A program made the translations under genes and the position numbers. Under the pieces are notes generated by a model. The model was not told the DNA's origin and did not search any database. It saw nothing but the letters and a program-made list of their open reading frames with translations. A stretch of DNA of 64,000 bases from the NCBI GenBank assembly GCA_019358915.1, contig JAHHIM010000024.1, positions 10,202-74,201 on the forward strand, given 5' to 3'. How positions within the stretch are numbered: position 1 is the stretch's first letter; every line of letters begins with the position of its first letter. The stretch is from Trichormus sp. ATA11-4-KO1 (lineage in GTDB: Bacteria; Cyanobacteriota; Cyanobacteriia; Cyanobacteriales; Nostocaceae). This document shows, in pieces, positions 50,428 to 61,505 of this stretch.

Positions 50428-51825
50428 TTATGGATTTTTTACAGCGATCGCTCTTGGTGTTTTGCGAACTCTTGGTAGCTGCACAATAAAGGTAGACCCT
50501 TCATCCAGCTTACTTTTAACATAAATAGCACCACCACAACGCCACAACAACCGTTTGACAATCGTTAAACCCAAACCAGCGCCACCCATATCTTCAGTAA
50601 CTCCCGAACGGACTCGATAAAAGCAGTCAAAGATTTTGGGAATTTCGTTTTCACTAATTCCCATACCTGTGTCGCGGAATTCTAATTGCACATAGTCGTT
50701 GTGAACACGCGTCCTTACCCACACTTGGCCACCATTGGGGGTAAACTTAATGCTGTTATGTAGCAGATTAATCACTATCTGCCTTAGTCCACCCATTACA
50801 CACCACACACCGGGAAGTTCAGATGGTATGGTGTAAGCTAACATAATGCCTTTTTCATGAGCTACAGGCTGGTAAGTGCTCACTATCCCAGGCACAATAT
50901 CTGCAAGATTTACCAACTCTAAGTTCGTCCCCTCCAAATTATGCTCCAGATTTACCAAATCTAATAAACCTGTAATCAGAGTACTTTGGCGATCGCACTG
51001 GGTATTGAGCATTTGTAAATAACGTTGTCGCTGCGGTGGTTTAAGATTAGGCGAATTTAACAACGAAAGTGCTGTCTTCATGTGCGTTAGAGGTGTCCGT
51101 AGTTCTTGACACACACTGCTCAAGTATTCATCCTTAAGTTGCTCTTGGTTTTGTAGCTTTTGATTTTGCAGCCGCAACTTAGCGATGCGTTTAGTCGAGA
51201 TGTAGCAATTAATTTCCTCCTGTCGCTGGAGTTGTTTGGTCAACAGCTGACTCATAATTGCTGATGCGGATACACTTGGGCAAATCAAATCCGCAGGTAC
51301 AACAGATGATTCTGGTAACCTCGCCTGCTTAATGCCATCTAACACTCGCTGAATGACTCTTCCTTCAACAGTAGTTATAGCTAGTAAAGGCGGGTGTTTC
51401 TGGGTGTGCGCCTTCCCCATACCGTGGGTTTTATTTTTCAGCGATCGCTGCACTACAATTAAATTGCAAAACTGCGGCGACAACACTATGAGAAAGTATT
51501 CCCGCCGCAATAGCCTATTTGGTGGTAGTTGCACGCAGACATGATTAGATGCGTTGAAATTTGCATTTCCTCTCATCTGGCAAGTATAGATCACGCCAGA
51601 ACCACTCATCGAAGATTGATATCGCAATAATTCTGCGTCCCAAATTTTTCCTGGTGGTAGCTTAACCCAAAACGTTGCGGTGATCTGTTGCTCAATCAGT
51701 AAATCTATTTGTGACCTCACTAGAGATAGCAGAGTAGCAGGATTGAGGGGCAATGGTTGAGGAGGCGCTTGCGCTCCCAAAGCCAGCCGATAAACAGATA
51801 GATCCTGACGCGGAGAATCATTCAT
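50428..51825 (-). CDS. DICT-like sensor histidine kinase
   Basis: REYFLIVLSPQF sensory part; CQELRTPL (His replaced by Gln), NLLHNSIKFT, DTGMGI and GAGLGL. Confidence 0.85.
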   Translation of the reverse strand: MNDSPRQDLSVYRLALGAQAPPQPLPLNPATLLSLVRSQIDLLIEQQITATFWVKLPPGKIWDAELLRYQSSMSGSGVIYTCQMRGNANFNASNHVCVQLPPNRLLRREYFLIVLSPQFCNLIVVQRSLKNKTHGMGKAHTQKHPPLLAITTVEGRVIQRVLDGIKQARLPESSVVPADLICPSVSASAIMSQLLTKQLQRQEEINCYISTKRIAKLRLQNQKLQNQEQLKDEYLSSVCQELRTPLTHMKTALSLLNSPNLKPPQRQRYLQMLNTQCDRQSTLITGLLDLVNLEHNLEGTNLELVNLADIVPGIVSTYQPVAHEKGIMLAYTIPSELPGVWCVMGGLRQIVINLLHNSIKFTPNGGQVWVRTRVHNDYVQLEFRDTGMGISENEIPKIFDCFYRVRSGVTEDMGGAGLGLTIVKRLLWRCGGAIYVKSKLDEGSTFIVQLPRVRKTPRAIAVKNP

Positions 51826-52081
51826 GAGTACAGCACAACAAACAGGAAAAAGTAGTTATGTCATCGATTTTCACCCCTATGTGTACCTTTTTTACAAAAA
51901 AGCTACGGAAAAAATATAAATTATAAATTCACAAGGCTGAGATTCTAGGTATTAACCCTTTAAATATGACTCGTAAAATTTCTTTTTTTCTCGGCGCTCT
52001 CTGTGACTCTGCGGTTTAAAGTAATTTATTTAACCACAGAGGCGCAGAGAACACAGAGTTAAGAGATGGAAAGGGTTAATT

Positions 52082-53182
52082 CTAGCTCGCTTTCAGAGAT
52101 GGATAATCTGTGTAACCATTCTCCAAATTTTGCTCTTTCACACCATAGAATGTTGCAGGATTGGGCGAGTTTAACTCAGCATCAATTGCAAAACGCTCAG
52201 GTAAATCAGGGTTAGCGATAAATAGCTTGCCGAAGGAAACTAGATCCGCTTCATTTGTCACCAAAATTTGATTTCCCTGAGATTTATCATACCCTCCGTT
52301 GGTGATGATTAAGCCTTGATAGAGGGGGCGAAAGGTGGAAATTACGGGATTGATAACATCGCGGGTTGCTAAATCTTGTTCATTTGGCTCCATTAAATGA
52401 ATGTAAGCAAGCGCAAATAAATTCAGCTTTTTAATCACATAGCTAAATGTTGCTTGAGGCTGAGAATCGTGCATTCCGTAAAATGTATTGCTGGGAGATA
52501 ACTTAATCCCGACGCGATCGCTTTCCCAAACTTGGCAAACTGCCTCGACCACTTCTAGGAGAAATCGCGCGCGATTTTCAATGGAACCGCCGTATTTATC
52601 TGTTCTCTGATTTGAGCCGTCTTGCAAAAATTGATCGATTAAATAACCAAAAGCACCATGTAACTCAACGCCATCAAACCCTGCGTTCATGGCATTTTTT
52701 GCACCTTGGCGGAACTGCTCGATAATTTGCGGTATTTCGTCAGTTTCTAGAGCGCGGGGTGTTTCTAAGGTAACTTTGCCTCTTGGGGTGTGGAGTGTTC
52801 CCGTTGCGGCGATCGCACTAGGAGCTACAGGTAACTCACCATCCAAAAGAAATGGATGTCCTACCCGCCCACTGTGCCACAGTTGCAAGAAAATTTTGCC
52901 TCCTTTGGCATGAACGGCATCGGTGACTTGTTGCCATGCCGTTACCTGCTCAGGTGAGTAAATACCTGGACAGTTGATATATCCATTACTCAATGGTGAA
53001 ATCATCGTGCATTCAGTGATGATCAACCCGGCTGAGGCTCTTTGGGCATAATATTCTGCCATCAAAGGAGTGGGAATTGATCCCACAGCCCGGAGGCGAG
53101 TCATCGGGGCCATGACCATCCGGTTTTGTAATGCCTGACTCCCCATTTGCATGGGTGAAAACAGATTAATGGTAGAACTCAT
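52082..53182 (-). CDS. Old yellow enzyme family alkene reductase
   Basis: NRMVMAPMTR, YYAQRASAGLII, QLWHSGR, GFDGVELHGAFGYL, RTDKYGGS and GYTDYP. Confidence 0.93.
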   Translation of the reverse strand: MSSTINLFSPMQMGSQALQNRMVMAPMTRLRAVGSIPTPLMAEYYAQRASAGLIITECTMISPLSNGYINCPGIYSPEQVTAWQQVTDAVHAKGGKIFLQLWHSGRVGHPFLLDGELPVAPSAIAATGTLHTPRGKVTLETPRALETDEIPQIIEQFRQGAKNAMNAGFDGVELHGAFGYLIDQFLQDGSNQRTDKYGGSIENRARFLLEVVEAVCQVWESDRVGIKLSPSNTFYGMHDSQPQATFSYVIKKLNLFALAYIHLMEPNEQDLATRDVINPVISTFRPLYQGLIITNGGYDKSQGNQILVTNEADLVSFGKLFIANPDLPERFAIDAELNSPNPATFYGVKEQNLENGYTDYPSLKAS

Positions 53183-53288
53183 GACTTTTCTTTGGTTTAA
53201 GCGCAAAGGTTCAATTGGTTACCACTTCAGGCTAAAATGACTGCTGCACAAAAACAATTAGGTACCAAATGGTGCGTGAAAAATTTTG

Positions 53289-53660
53289 ATGGTACAAGAC
53301 TTTCCCGAACCAGAATTATTCACACTCAATTGCCCGACTCAGCAAATTCTTGATGTGATTACAGATAAGTGGAGCGTGATTGTGCTATATTGCCTAGCCT
53401 ACCGTTCACGACGATATAACGATATTCAGCGACGCATTGAAGGAATTTCCCAAAAGGTGCTAACTCAAACCCTGCGTAAACTAGAACGGCATGGGTTAGT
53501 GGAGCGTCAAGTATTATCACAGATGCCTTTGAGTGTGGAATATTCTCTAACACCTTTGGGAGAAACACTAATAGAACCATTACTAGCGATCGCTAATTGG
53601 TCAAGAGAACACTTTTCTAAGGTAGTTGCATCACGCAATCACTACGATCAGCAAGACTGA
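53289..53660 (+). CDS. HxlR-family regulator
   Basis: CPTQQILDVITDKWS, GISQKVLTQTLRKLE and VEYSLTPLG; divergent from the OYE gene. Confidence 0.9.
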   Translation: MVQDFPEPELFTLNCPTQQILDVITDKWSVIVLYCLAYRSRRYNDIQRRIEGISQKVLTQTLRKLERHGLVERQVLSQMPLSVEYSLTPLGETLIEPLLAIANWSREHFSKVVASRNHYDQQD

Positions 53661-53832
53661 TCACAGTTATGATTAAGCACAAATAGTGAAGAGGCGATCG
53701 CATAATACGTAAAACAATTTTTGGAGCATTATCTTTCTCCTATGTTATGGTTGCAAAAATTTAGTTAAAGTTAATAACAAGATAACTCGATTACAGATGA
53801 ATATGCATTGAGCAAATAAGACGGTTATCCCT

Positions 53833-54405
53833 ATGAATCAACTCAAAACTCAACTCACCCTTGAAGAATTCCTCGCACTCCCCGAAGCAGACATCCCCCA
53901 TGAACTCATTGAGGGAAAAGCTGTCCCCAAATTCAAAAATGATGAAATGTCACCAAAATTCTTTCATAGTTCGATAACAGGTGCGTTATTTATACTCTTA
54001 TCTGCATGGGCACAAGGAAAGGGACGGGTGGTCATAGAATGGGCAATTAAGCTAACACGAAATCAACAAGACTGGGTTCCTGTACCAGATTTGACTTATA
54101 TTTCTTATAACCGTCTTGCTGCTGATTGGTTACAAGATGATGCTTGTCCTGTTGCACCCGAATTAGTGATTGAAATTATCTCACCTGGTCAAACTTTCGG
54201 AGAAATGACAGAAAAAGCTACAGATTATCTGAATGCTAAAGTTCAACGAGTTTGGATTATAGACTCTAGAGCAAAAACTCTGACTATTTTTTATCCAGAT
54301 GCTCTCCCTCAAACTAAACGCGGTACTGATGCTTTAGCAGATTCTTTATTTACAGACATACAAATTACGCCTCGGCAAATCTTTCAAAAAGCAGGAATTT
54401 CCTAA
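53833..54405 (+). CDS. Uma2-family endonuclease-like protein
   Basis: LEEFLALPE, VPDLTYIS, PELVIEIISP and VWIID. Confidence 0.88.
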   Translation: MNQLKTQLTLEEFLALPEADIPHELIEGKAVPKFKNDEMSPKFFHSSITGALFILLSAWAQGKGRVVIEWAIKLTRNQQDWVPVPDLTYISYNRLAADWLQDDACPVAPELVIEIISPGQTFGEMTEKATDYLNAKVQRVWIIDSRAKTLTIFYPDALPQTKRGTDALADSLFTDIQITPRQIFQKAGIS

Positions 54406-54430
54406 CGAATAATCTAAAATCTTATTATTA

Positions 54431-56524
54431 TCAACGCTGTAAAATTAAATGATTGCGTTCAGTTAATCTAGCTTCCCAGTTAGGCTCAACTACAATTGTG
54501 CTAATTTTTTCAACTATAATAGCAGTCCCACTAATTCTATCTCCTGGTTGCAAATCTTCCCGTTGATAAACAGGCGTATCATACCATTTGTTAGCAGTAA
54601 ACATTCTAACTGTTTCAACAGCTTTGGGGACTTCATTTAGAGGACGGGTACGAGTAATTAAGGGTTCTGCGGGAGTATCCATTTTTTGAATTACTTCTAC
54701 TGACGCAGATTCGACAATTAAAGTTTTTTCTACTTGGATGAAACCGTAACGAGATTTATGTTCATCTGCAAATTCTTGTTGCATTACTGTTATCTGAGTG
54801 GCAAAGTTAATATTTAATGTAGAGTTAGTCCCTGCATATTTTAAATTAACTTTTCGGACTACTTCCTCTTTATTGCTCACCTTTTCTGATGTTATTTCAC
54901 CTCTAGCTTGATTTTCTAAAGATGCCATTAGCTGCTGTAATTGTGGAATTAAAACTTGAGTTAAAGGCTGTTCTACGCCACTTTCTCTAATTGCTCTAAT
55001 ATCAGCTAAACCCATACCATAAGCTGAAAGAACCCCAGCATAAGGGTGGAGAAATATCTTTTTCATCCCTAATGTATCGGCAATTAAACAGGCAACTTGC
55101 GCCCCGGCACCACCAAAACAACAAAGTACATATTGGGTAACATCATAACCCCGTTGTAGACTGATTTTTTTAATAGCATTTGCCATATTTTCTACAGCGA
55201 TCGCTATAAATCCGGCTGCTACTTGTTCGGGAGTCCGATGATTTCCTGTAACATCTGCAATCTCTTGAGCTAATTGGGTAAATTTCTGAATAACAATATC
55301 TTTATCTAAAGGCAAATTACCATTTAATCCAAAGACAGAGGGGAAGTATTGGGGATGAATTTTACCTAACATGACATTGGCATCAGTAACTGCTAATTTC
55401 CCTCCTCGTCGGTAACAAGCAGGCCCAGGATTTGATCCCGCAGATTCTGGCCCGACACGATAACTAAAACCATCAAAAAACAGAATTGAACCGCCACCAG
55501 CCGCAATAGTATTAATTGCTAATACGGGAACTCGCATCCGCGCCCCAGCAATCTCGGAATCTAATTGACGTTCATATTCTCCTTTAAAGTGGGCAACATC
55601 CGTACTTGTTCCGCCCATATCAAAGGTAATAACTAACTCGAAACCTGCTCTTTTACTAGTTTGCACTGCACCGACAATTCCCCCAGCCGGTCCGCTTAAA
55701 ATACTATCTTTCCCTTGAAACTGTGGGGCTGCGACTAAACCGCCGTCAGATTTCATGAACATTAATTTTACTTGGGGTAAGTAACTAGCTACCTGGTTAA
55801 TGTAGCGACGCAGAATTGGAGTTAAATAAGCATCAACGACTGTTGTATCTCCTCGGCTCACCAATTTCATTAAAGGACTGACTTGATGGGATATAGATAT
55901 CTGTGTAAATCCAATTTCTTGAGCAAGTTGGGCAACTTGTTGTTCATGGTAAGGATAGCGATCACTGTGCATAAAAACAATGGCACAACTGCGAATCCCT
56001 GTATGATAAACTGCTTGTAAATCGTTCTTTACTTGGTGAATATTGACAGATTTTAATTCCTCACCGTGGGCATCATAGCGCTCATCAACCTCAACTACCT
56101 GTTCATACAGCATGGTTGGTAAAATGATCTGACGAGCAAAGATATCAGGACGATTTTGGTAGCCAATTCTCAGGGCATCTTTAAACCCTTTAGTAATGAA
56201 AAGTGCCAGGCGATCGCCTTTTCTTTCTAATAGGGCATTTGTTGCTACTGTTGTCCCCATTTTTACCACTTCTATAACTTCAGTAGGCATAGGTTCATTA
56301 CCTGCAAGACCGATAATATCCCGAATACCTTGAATAGCTGCATCTTGATATTTTTCAGGATTTTCCGAAAGTAGTTTATAGACGATAATCCATTGATGCT
56401 GAGGAATAGAAACAATTAAAAAACGGTCAGGATGGCTTGAGAGTTTGTCTATAATTACCTGTTCATCAGTAACAGCAACTATATCTGTAAATGTACCGCC
56501 TCGGTCAGCAAAAAATTTTAACAT
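54431..56524 (-). CDS. Hydantoinase A / 5-oxoprolinase N-terminal half
   Basis: [39 protein letters not shown] and [11 protein letters not shown]. Confidence 0.92.
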   Translation of the reverse strand: MLKFFADRGGTFTDIVAVTDEQVIIDKLSSHPDRFLIVSIPQHQWIIVYKLLSENPEKYQDAAIQGIRDIIGLAGNEPMPTEVIEVVKMGTTVATNALLERKGDRLALFITKGFKDALRIGYQNRPDIFARQIILPTMLYEQVVEVDERYDAHGEELKSVNIHQVKNDLQAVYHTGIRSCAIVFMHSDRYPYHEQQVAQLAQEIGFTQISISHQVSPLMKLVSRGDTTVVDAYLTPILRRYINQVASYLPQVKLMFMKSDGGLVAAPQFQGKDSILSGPAGGIVGAVQTSKRAGFELVITFDMGGTSTDVAHFKGEYERQLDSEIAGARMRVPVLAINTIAAGGGSILFFDGFSYRVGPESAGSNPGPACYRRGGKLAVTDANVMLGKIHPQYFPSVFGLNGNLPLDKDIVIQKFTQLAQEIADVTGNHRTPEQVAAGFIAIAVENMANAIKKISLQRGYDVTQYVLCCFGGAGAQVACLIADTLGMKKIFLHPYAGVLSAYGMGLADIRAIRESGVEQPLTQVLIPQLQQLMASLENQARGEITSEKVSNKEEVVRKVNLKYAGTNSTLNINFATQITVMQQEFADEHKSRYGFIQVEKTLIVESASVEVIQKMDTPAEPLITRTRPLNEVPKAVETVRMFTANKWYDTPVYQREDLQPGDRISGTAIIVEKISTIVVEPNWEARLTERNHLILQR

Positions 56525-56629
56525 TGTTTATTTATTCAATAATCTAGAAGTAAAATCATACTATTTGGGATTTTAAATTTTATTCACATAGGTCTTGAAG
56601 AGAAAGATTTAAAAAGTTGATGTTAAAAC

Positions 56630-56863
56630 TTAACTGGCTAAAGAAAAAGCTTCTTCAACTGCCTTAGGTAACTCAATAGGTATAAAATAAGTACTTGGGT
56701 ATAAATAATCTTCGCCTGATTCATCAATCACCCGAATCATATAATGTTGAATAGCATGAACATCAGGAATAACCTGATAAATTTTTCTAATTTCTAAGGA
56801 AGCGGGGTAATCTTTGTTGCTAATGCAAACAACAAATTTAGTTTTTGTATCTGCCGACTGCAT
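56630..56863 (-). CDS. Conserved small hypothetical protein
   Basis: FVVCISNKDYPASLEIRKIY...IRVIDESGEDYLYP; preceded by an AGGAG RBS. Confidence 0.7.
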   Translation of the reverse strand: MQSADTKTKFVVCISNKDYPASLEIRKIYQVIPDVHAIQHYMIRVIDESGEDYLYPSTYFIPIELPKAVEEAFSLAS

Positions 56864-56913
56864 AAATACTCCTATACAAAGCGTTTAATTTATATACTAT
56901 ACTGAGTATATAC

Positions 56914-57153
56914 TTAAATCGTCAGCAAGAAAGCGATCAAGATGATACTGAGGGTAAAAGCAAATAACAAGGCATATTCAAATCTGCGACTAAAATATCC
57001 CACAGCCGCAACCAAGCTAATAACGAGTATAGCAATGCCAATGTACTGTTCGCGTTGCCAACCTTTAGCAATGAGTGGATCTTGCTGAATCGGTTCAGTA
57101 GAGGGACTTTCTTGAATTGTAGTGGGCAATGGTGTTTCAGGTTGTGAAAACAT
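56914..57153 (-). CDS. Small two-TM membrane protein
   Basis: MFSQPETP... followed by two hydrophobic helices; ATG at 57153. Confidence 0.6.
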   Translation of the reverse strand: MFSQPETPLPTTIQESPSTEPIQQDPLIAKGWQREQYIGIAILVISLVAAVGYFSRRFEYALLFAFTLSIILIAFLLTI

Positions 57154-57169
57154 AAGATATACATTAATT

Positions 57170-57640
57170 ATGAAAGTACGAAGATATGAAATAGGTGATA
57201 CCGAAGCAATTATGAAGTTGTTCTCTGACACCATTCATGAAGTGAATATTCGTGATTACACAAAAGCACAAATAGATGCTTGGACATCAGTAAATATGGA
57301 TGTTGAAGTTTGGATGAACAGCTTAAAAAGTAAGTTTACTTATGTAGCCCAAGAGGATGGTAATATTCTTGGCTTTGGAGAACTAGAGGCAAATGGACAT
57401 ATTGACCGCTTTTATTGCCATAAAGATTTTCAAGGTCAAGGAGTTGGTACTAAAATTTTAGAACAAATTGAATTAACAGCCAGAGATTTAAAGATTCAAA
57501 AGTTATTTGTAGAAGCTAGTATTACAGCTAAACCTTTTTTTGAAAGGAAGAAATTTATTGTTGTAAAAAAGCAAGAAGTAGAACGCAGGGGACAAAAATT
57601 AACAAATTTTGTCATGGAAAAGATATTATTTAATAACTAG
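57170..57640 (+). CDS. GNAT acetyltransferase (YafP-like)
   Basis: RDYTKAQIDAW, HIDRFYCHKDFQGQGVG and EASITAKPFFE. Confidence 0.88.
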   Translation: MKVRRYEIGDTEAIMKLFSDTIHEVNIRDYTKAQIDAWTSVNMDVEVWMNSLKSKFTYVAQEDGNILGFGELEANGHIDRFYCHKDFQGQGVGTKILEQIELTARDLKIQKLFVEASITAKPFFERKKFIVVKKQEVERRGQKLTNFVMEKILFNN

Positions 57641-57765
57641 TTATTCTGCACTAACAGCCTAAGCATAATTTTAACTGTGTTAATTATCTAAATTTTATTT
57701 TTTATAAAAACTACATAAATATTAGACTAGATTTTGTTTTATATACCCTGAGAAAGAAAGGTTAG

Positions 57766-57810
57766 TTATTCCATTAGAAAGAAGTTATTACACCTCCTAA
57801 TCTCTAAAGT
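57766..57810 (+). promoter_or_regulatory. Candidate promoter with the same geometry as the sRNA cassettes
   Basis: TTATTCC-ATTA-GAAAGAAG-N20-TAAAGT upstream of the transketolase. Confidence 0.4.
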
Positions 57811-58005
57811 GAACCCAGGAAGACTGAAAGAACTTCCTTGGTTATTGACAAATTACCACCCATAACAAAATTAAACATTAGAAGTCAAAAAAGAATTTTT
57901 GTTTTGGCACAAAGCATAGTGGTAATTTATCCGGGAAATAGCTCAATCTAGCCAAAAATTGCTAAAAATTGGCAATTACCTGTATTTTTATTCAGGAAAA
58001 CTATT

Positions 58006-59895
58006 ATGACCACACAGGAGCAACTACACCAATGGCATGAACTAGGACAACAGTTGCGTGTAGATAGTATTCGCGCTACAACCGTTGCTGGTTCAGGTCA
58101 TCCTACTTCGTCTATGTCAGCTGCTGATTTGATGGCGGTTTTACTTGCTAAACATTTCCGCTATGACTTCGACAACCCAGCTAATCCTAATAACGATCGC
58201 TTGATGTTTTCTAAAGGACATGCAGCACCCCTGCTCTATAGTATGTATAAAGCAGCAGGGGTAATTAGTGATGAAGAATTGCGATCATTGCGGCAGTTTG
58301 GCAGTCGTTTAGAAGGTCATCCTACGCCAGTTTTACCTTGGGTTGATGTAGCAACTGGCTCCCTAGGACAAGGTTTGCCGATTGGTGTGGGAGTAGCTCT
58401 GGCAGGTAAATATTTAGATCAACTTCCATATCATGTCTGGGTACTTCTGGGTGATAGCGAAACAGCCGAAGGTTCGGTTTGGGAAGCTTTTGATCATGCC
58501 GCACATTACACCCTAGATAATCTCATTGCCATTATTGATGTCAATCGCCTCGGTCAACGGGGTCAAACCGAATTGGGTTGGAATACACAAGCCTACGCTA
58601 ATCGTGCTAGAGCCTTTGGCTGGCAGGCAATTGAAATTGATGGTCATAACTTAACAGAGATTGACCAAGCATTTAGCGCGGCGTTAACCGTTAACGATCG
58701 CCCCACAGTCATTATTGCCCGCACCAAGAAAGGTAAAGGTGTAGCTTCCCTAGAAGATTTAGGTGGTTGGCATGGCAAAGCGTTGAGTCCCGATGACGAA
58801 AAACAAGTAATTGCCGAGTTAGGCGGTGAACGCCAAATTATTATTCAGGTGGATACACCCGAAGAACAAGGACAACCAGCATCAACAGGCAATCCTCAAC
58901 CCCTGCAACTGCCTACCTATAACAAAGGCGCAAAAGTTGCCACACGTAGGGCATATGGCGATGCTTTAGTCGCATTAGGAGCCGCTAAACCCGATATCAT
59001 TGCCCTAGATGCAGAGGTAAGCAATTCTACTTACGCCGAAGATTTTGCCGAAGCTTATCCTGAGCGCTACTTTGAAATGTACATTGCTGAACAGCAAATG
59101 ATAGCAGCTGCGGTGGGCTTACAGGTGAGAAAATACAAACCCTTCGCGTCTACCTTTGCTGCTTTCTTAACTCGGGCCTACGACTTTGTGCGGATGGCTG
59201 CCGTTTCGCGCGCCAACATTAAATTAGTGGGTTCTCATGCGGGAGTATCCATTGGACAGGATGGCCCTTCGCAGATGGGGTTGGAAGATTTAGCCGCCCT
59301 GCGAGCAGTATGGAGTAGTACCGTACTTTATCCTAGTGATGCTAATCAAACCGCCAAACTAGTCGCGCAAATGAGCGATCGCGATGGCATTGTTTATCTG
59401 CGCACTACACGGGAAAAAACACCTGTGATTTATGGTGCTAATGAAGAATTTCCCATTGGTGGTAGCAAAATTATTCGTAGTTCTGACCGAGATCAAGCAA
59501 CTGTGATTGGTGCAGGTATTACCCTGCATGAGGCACTTAAGGCTTATGACAGACTGAAAAACGAAGGCATTATGGTACGTATCATTGATGCTTACTGTGT
59601 CAAACCCATTGATGGACAAACAATTCAGCAAGCTGCACGGGATACTAAAGGTAATTTAGTAGTTGTTGAAGACCACTGGATAGAAGGCGGACTAGGCGCG
59701 GCTGTGCTGGATGTGTTTGCTGGTACTAGCAATACTCCTGTTTACGATGGGCCTCAACTGCGATTAATTAAGTTAGCGGTGCGTGATATGCCAGGTTCAG
59801 GCACACCAGAAGAACTACTTCATGCTGCCAAAATAGATGCTGATGCCATTGTGGAAGCTGTGAAATCGCAAGTTAGACAGCCAGTAGGAGTATAA
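58006..59895 (+). CDS. tkt: Transketolase (single-chain, short type)
   Basis: SGHPTSSMS, SKGHAAP, LEGHP, TGSLGQG, GDSETAEG..DVN TPP motif, IAEQQM and GQDGPSQM. Confidence 0.92.
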   Translation: MTTQEQLHQWHELGQQLRVDSIRATTVAGSGHPTSSMSAADLMAVLLAKHFRYDFDNPANPNNDRLMFSKGHAAPLLYSMYKAAGVISDEELRSLRQFGSRLEGHPTPVLPWVDVATGSLGQGLPIGVGVALAGKYLDQLPYHVWVLLGDSETAEGSVWEAFDHAAHYTLDNLIAIIDVNRLGQRGQTELGWNTQAYANRARAFGWQAIEIDGHNLTEIDQAFSAALTVNDRPTVIIARTKKGKGVASLEDLGGWHGKALSPDDEKQVIAELGGERQIIIQVDTPEEQGQPASTGNPQPLQLPTYNKGAKVATRRAYGDALVALGAAKPDIIALDAEVSNSTYAEDFAEAYPERYFEMYIAEQQMIAAAVGLQVRKYKPFASTFAAFLTRAYDFVRMAAVSRANIKLVGSHAGVSIGQDGPSQMGLEDLAALRAVWSSTVLYPSDANQTAKLVAQMSDRDGIVYLRTTREKTPVIYGANEEFPIGGSKIIRSSDRDQATVIGAGITLHEALKAYDRLKNEGIMVRIIDAYCVKPIDGQTIQQAARDTKGNLVVVEDHWIEGGLGAAVLDVFAGTSNTPVYDGPQLRLIKLAVRDMPGSGTPEELLHAAKIDADAIVEAVKSQVRQPVGV

Positions 59896-60071
59896 ACATT
59901 AATGTCTAACTCTTTCCTTTGGTAGGAGTGAGAAGCAAAAGTGACAGTTACTTTAAAAATTACTTCTACCAATTGGAAACAAAAATGTGACAGATACAAA
60001 ATATGGCAACCTAAATCATATCTGCCACCTCTTAATTACGAATTGGTATTACTGTAACCAGGAGGAAAAAA

Positions 60072-60305
60072 ATGCCTGACAAGTATCATACCGGAACTCA
60101 GGACGAACACTTTAACCTCATCAGTGTTCTCTACCACGCCTTACAATGTGCAGCTTGTTGTGACAAGTATATTGAAGACGCAGAACAAGCAGGCGATCGC
60201 GAACTTGCCCAATTTTTCCAACAAATCAAAGAGCAAAATCAAAATGTGGCAGAGCGAGCCAAGCAGTTACTATCAAAGCGCACTGAGCAGCTTGTAGCGC
60301 ACTAA
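60072..60305 (+). CDS. Small ferritin-like/general-stress hypothetical protein
   Basis: GGAGG RBS; FNLISVLYHALQ...YIEDAEQAGDRELAQFF helical pattern. Confidence 0.7.
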   Translation: MPDKYHTGTQDEHFNLISVLYHALQCAACCDKYIEDAEQAGDRELAQFFQQIKEQNQNVAERAKQLLSKRTEQLVAH

Positions 60306-60662
60306 ATCAGGACTGGGAAAAAGCAGGGGAGCAGAGAAGAGACTGAGACTAATATAACTTCTTTCTCTTCTAACCCCTTTATCTTTGCACCTCCACCTTG
60401 CCTAATTTTCCATTAACAAGTGGAGGATAAACTGAAACTGTTAATCTTCCATAAGGAAGAGTTTCAACTATGAAAACATACAAGTATTTATAGCTTAAGT
60501 TATATATAAGTAGATAATTAATTTGGCTCAAATTTATCTTACGAGGTATGAACTAGAAACTATAAAATATCTCATTTGAATTCAGCCGCCAGCAGGAGGA
60601 AAATCAGCATAATACTCTTTACGCTAATGGATAGATATAAACAATTTACCCAACTTGGAACT

Positions 60663-61505
60663 ATGCCTCTTTATAAACTCGAAGAATTCGCTCCTAACTA
60701 TCGAGAAACCTTTGGCGGTGATGATGTTAAAGCTTTGGATCTCTATACCGAAGGGGGTATGATAGTCGGCTCTGTTGCTGATGCTTTAGTTGACCAAGAT
60801 GGACATTTTCGCTATCTAGTAATTGACACAAATTTAGATTCAGTCAGCAAAAAAATATTACTGCCAATTGGTCTTTCTCGCATCAATTATCCAGCAAAAC
60901 GTGTTTACGTTGATGGACTGAGTAAAGAGCAAGTAGAATGTTTACCTGAATACAGAGAAGACATCAATGTTGATGAGGATTATGAAGAACAAGTCCGTTT
61001 TGTTTTTCGCCCTTTAACTAATGATGGCACTAATAATCGCGAGACATTCAATTACCAGCAAGAACCAGCTTTATATAATTTAAATGAACAATATCATCAA
61101 ACACTCAGACTGTATGAAGAAAGATTAATTGCTAATAAGCATCGGATCAAGAGCGGAGAAGTAGCAGTTGGTAAGCACATTGAAACACAAACCGCACGGG
61201 TGACAGTACCTATTAAAAAAGAACGTGTTTTAATCGAGCGAGTACCACCAACTGAAATAGGAACAGTTGTCGATCCAAACGCGCTTAAGTTTCAAGAAGG
61301 GGAGGTAGCACGCATAGAATTGTATGAAGAAACCCCGGATATTCGTAAAGAGGCTTTCGTGCGCGAAGAAGTTAGACTGAAAAAGGTGGTGGATCAGCAA
61401 ACAGTAGAAGCAGAAGACACAATTCGTCGAGAACAATTAGATATTGATACTACAGGCGAATTGCGTGTGGATAAAACGGGTACTAATAGACCAGAAACTG
61501 TTTAA
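60663..61505 (+). CDS. PRC-barrel plus DUF2382 (YsnF/AvaK-like) protein
   Basis: GSVADALVD..GHFRYLVID, LRLYEERLIANK, GEVAVGKH and VREEVRLKK; ATG at 60663. Confidence 0.88.
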   Translation: MPLYKLEEFAPNYRETFGGDDVKALDLYTEGGMIVGSVADALVDQDGHFRYLVIDTNLDSVSKKILLPIGLSRINYPAKRVYVDGLSKEQVECLPEYREDINVDEDYEEQVRFVFRPLTNDGTNNRETFNYQQEPALYNLNEQYHQTLRLYEERLIANKHRIKSGEVAVGKHIETQTARVTVPIKKERVLIERVPPTEIGTVVDPNALKFQEGEVARIELYEETPDIRKEAFVREEVRLKKVVDQQTVEAEDTIRREQLDIDTTGELRVDKTGTNRPETV

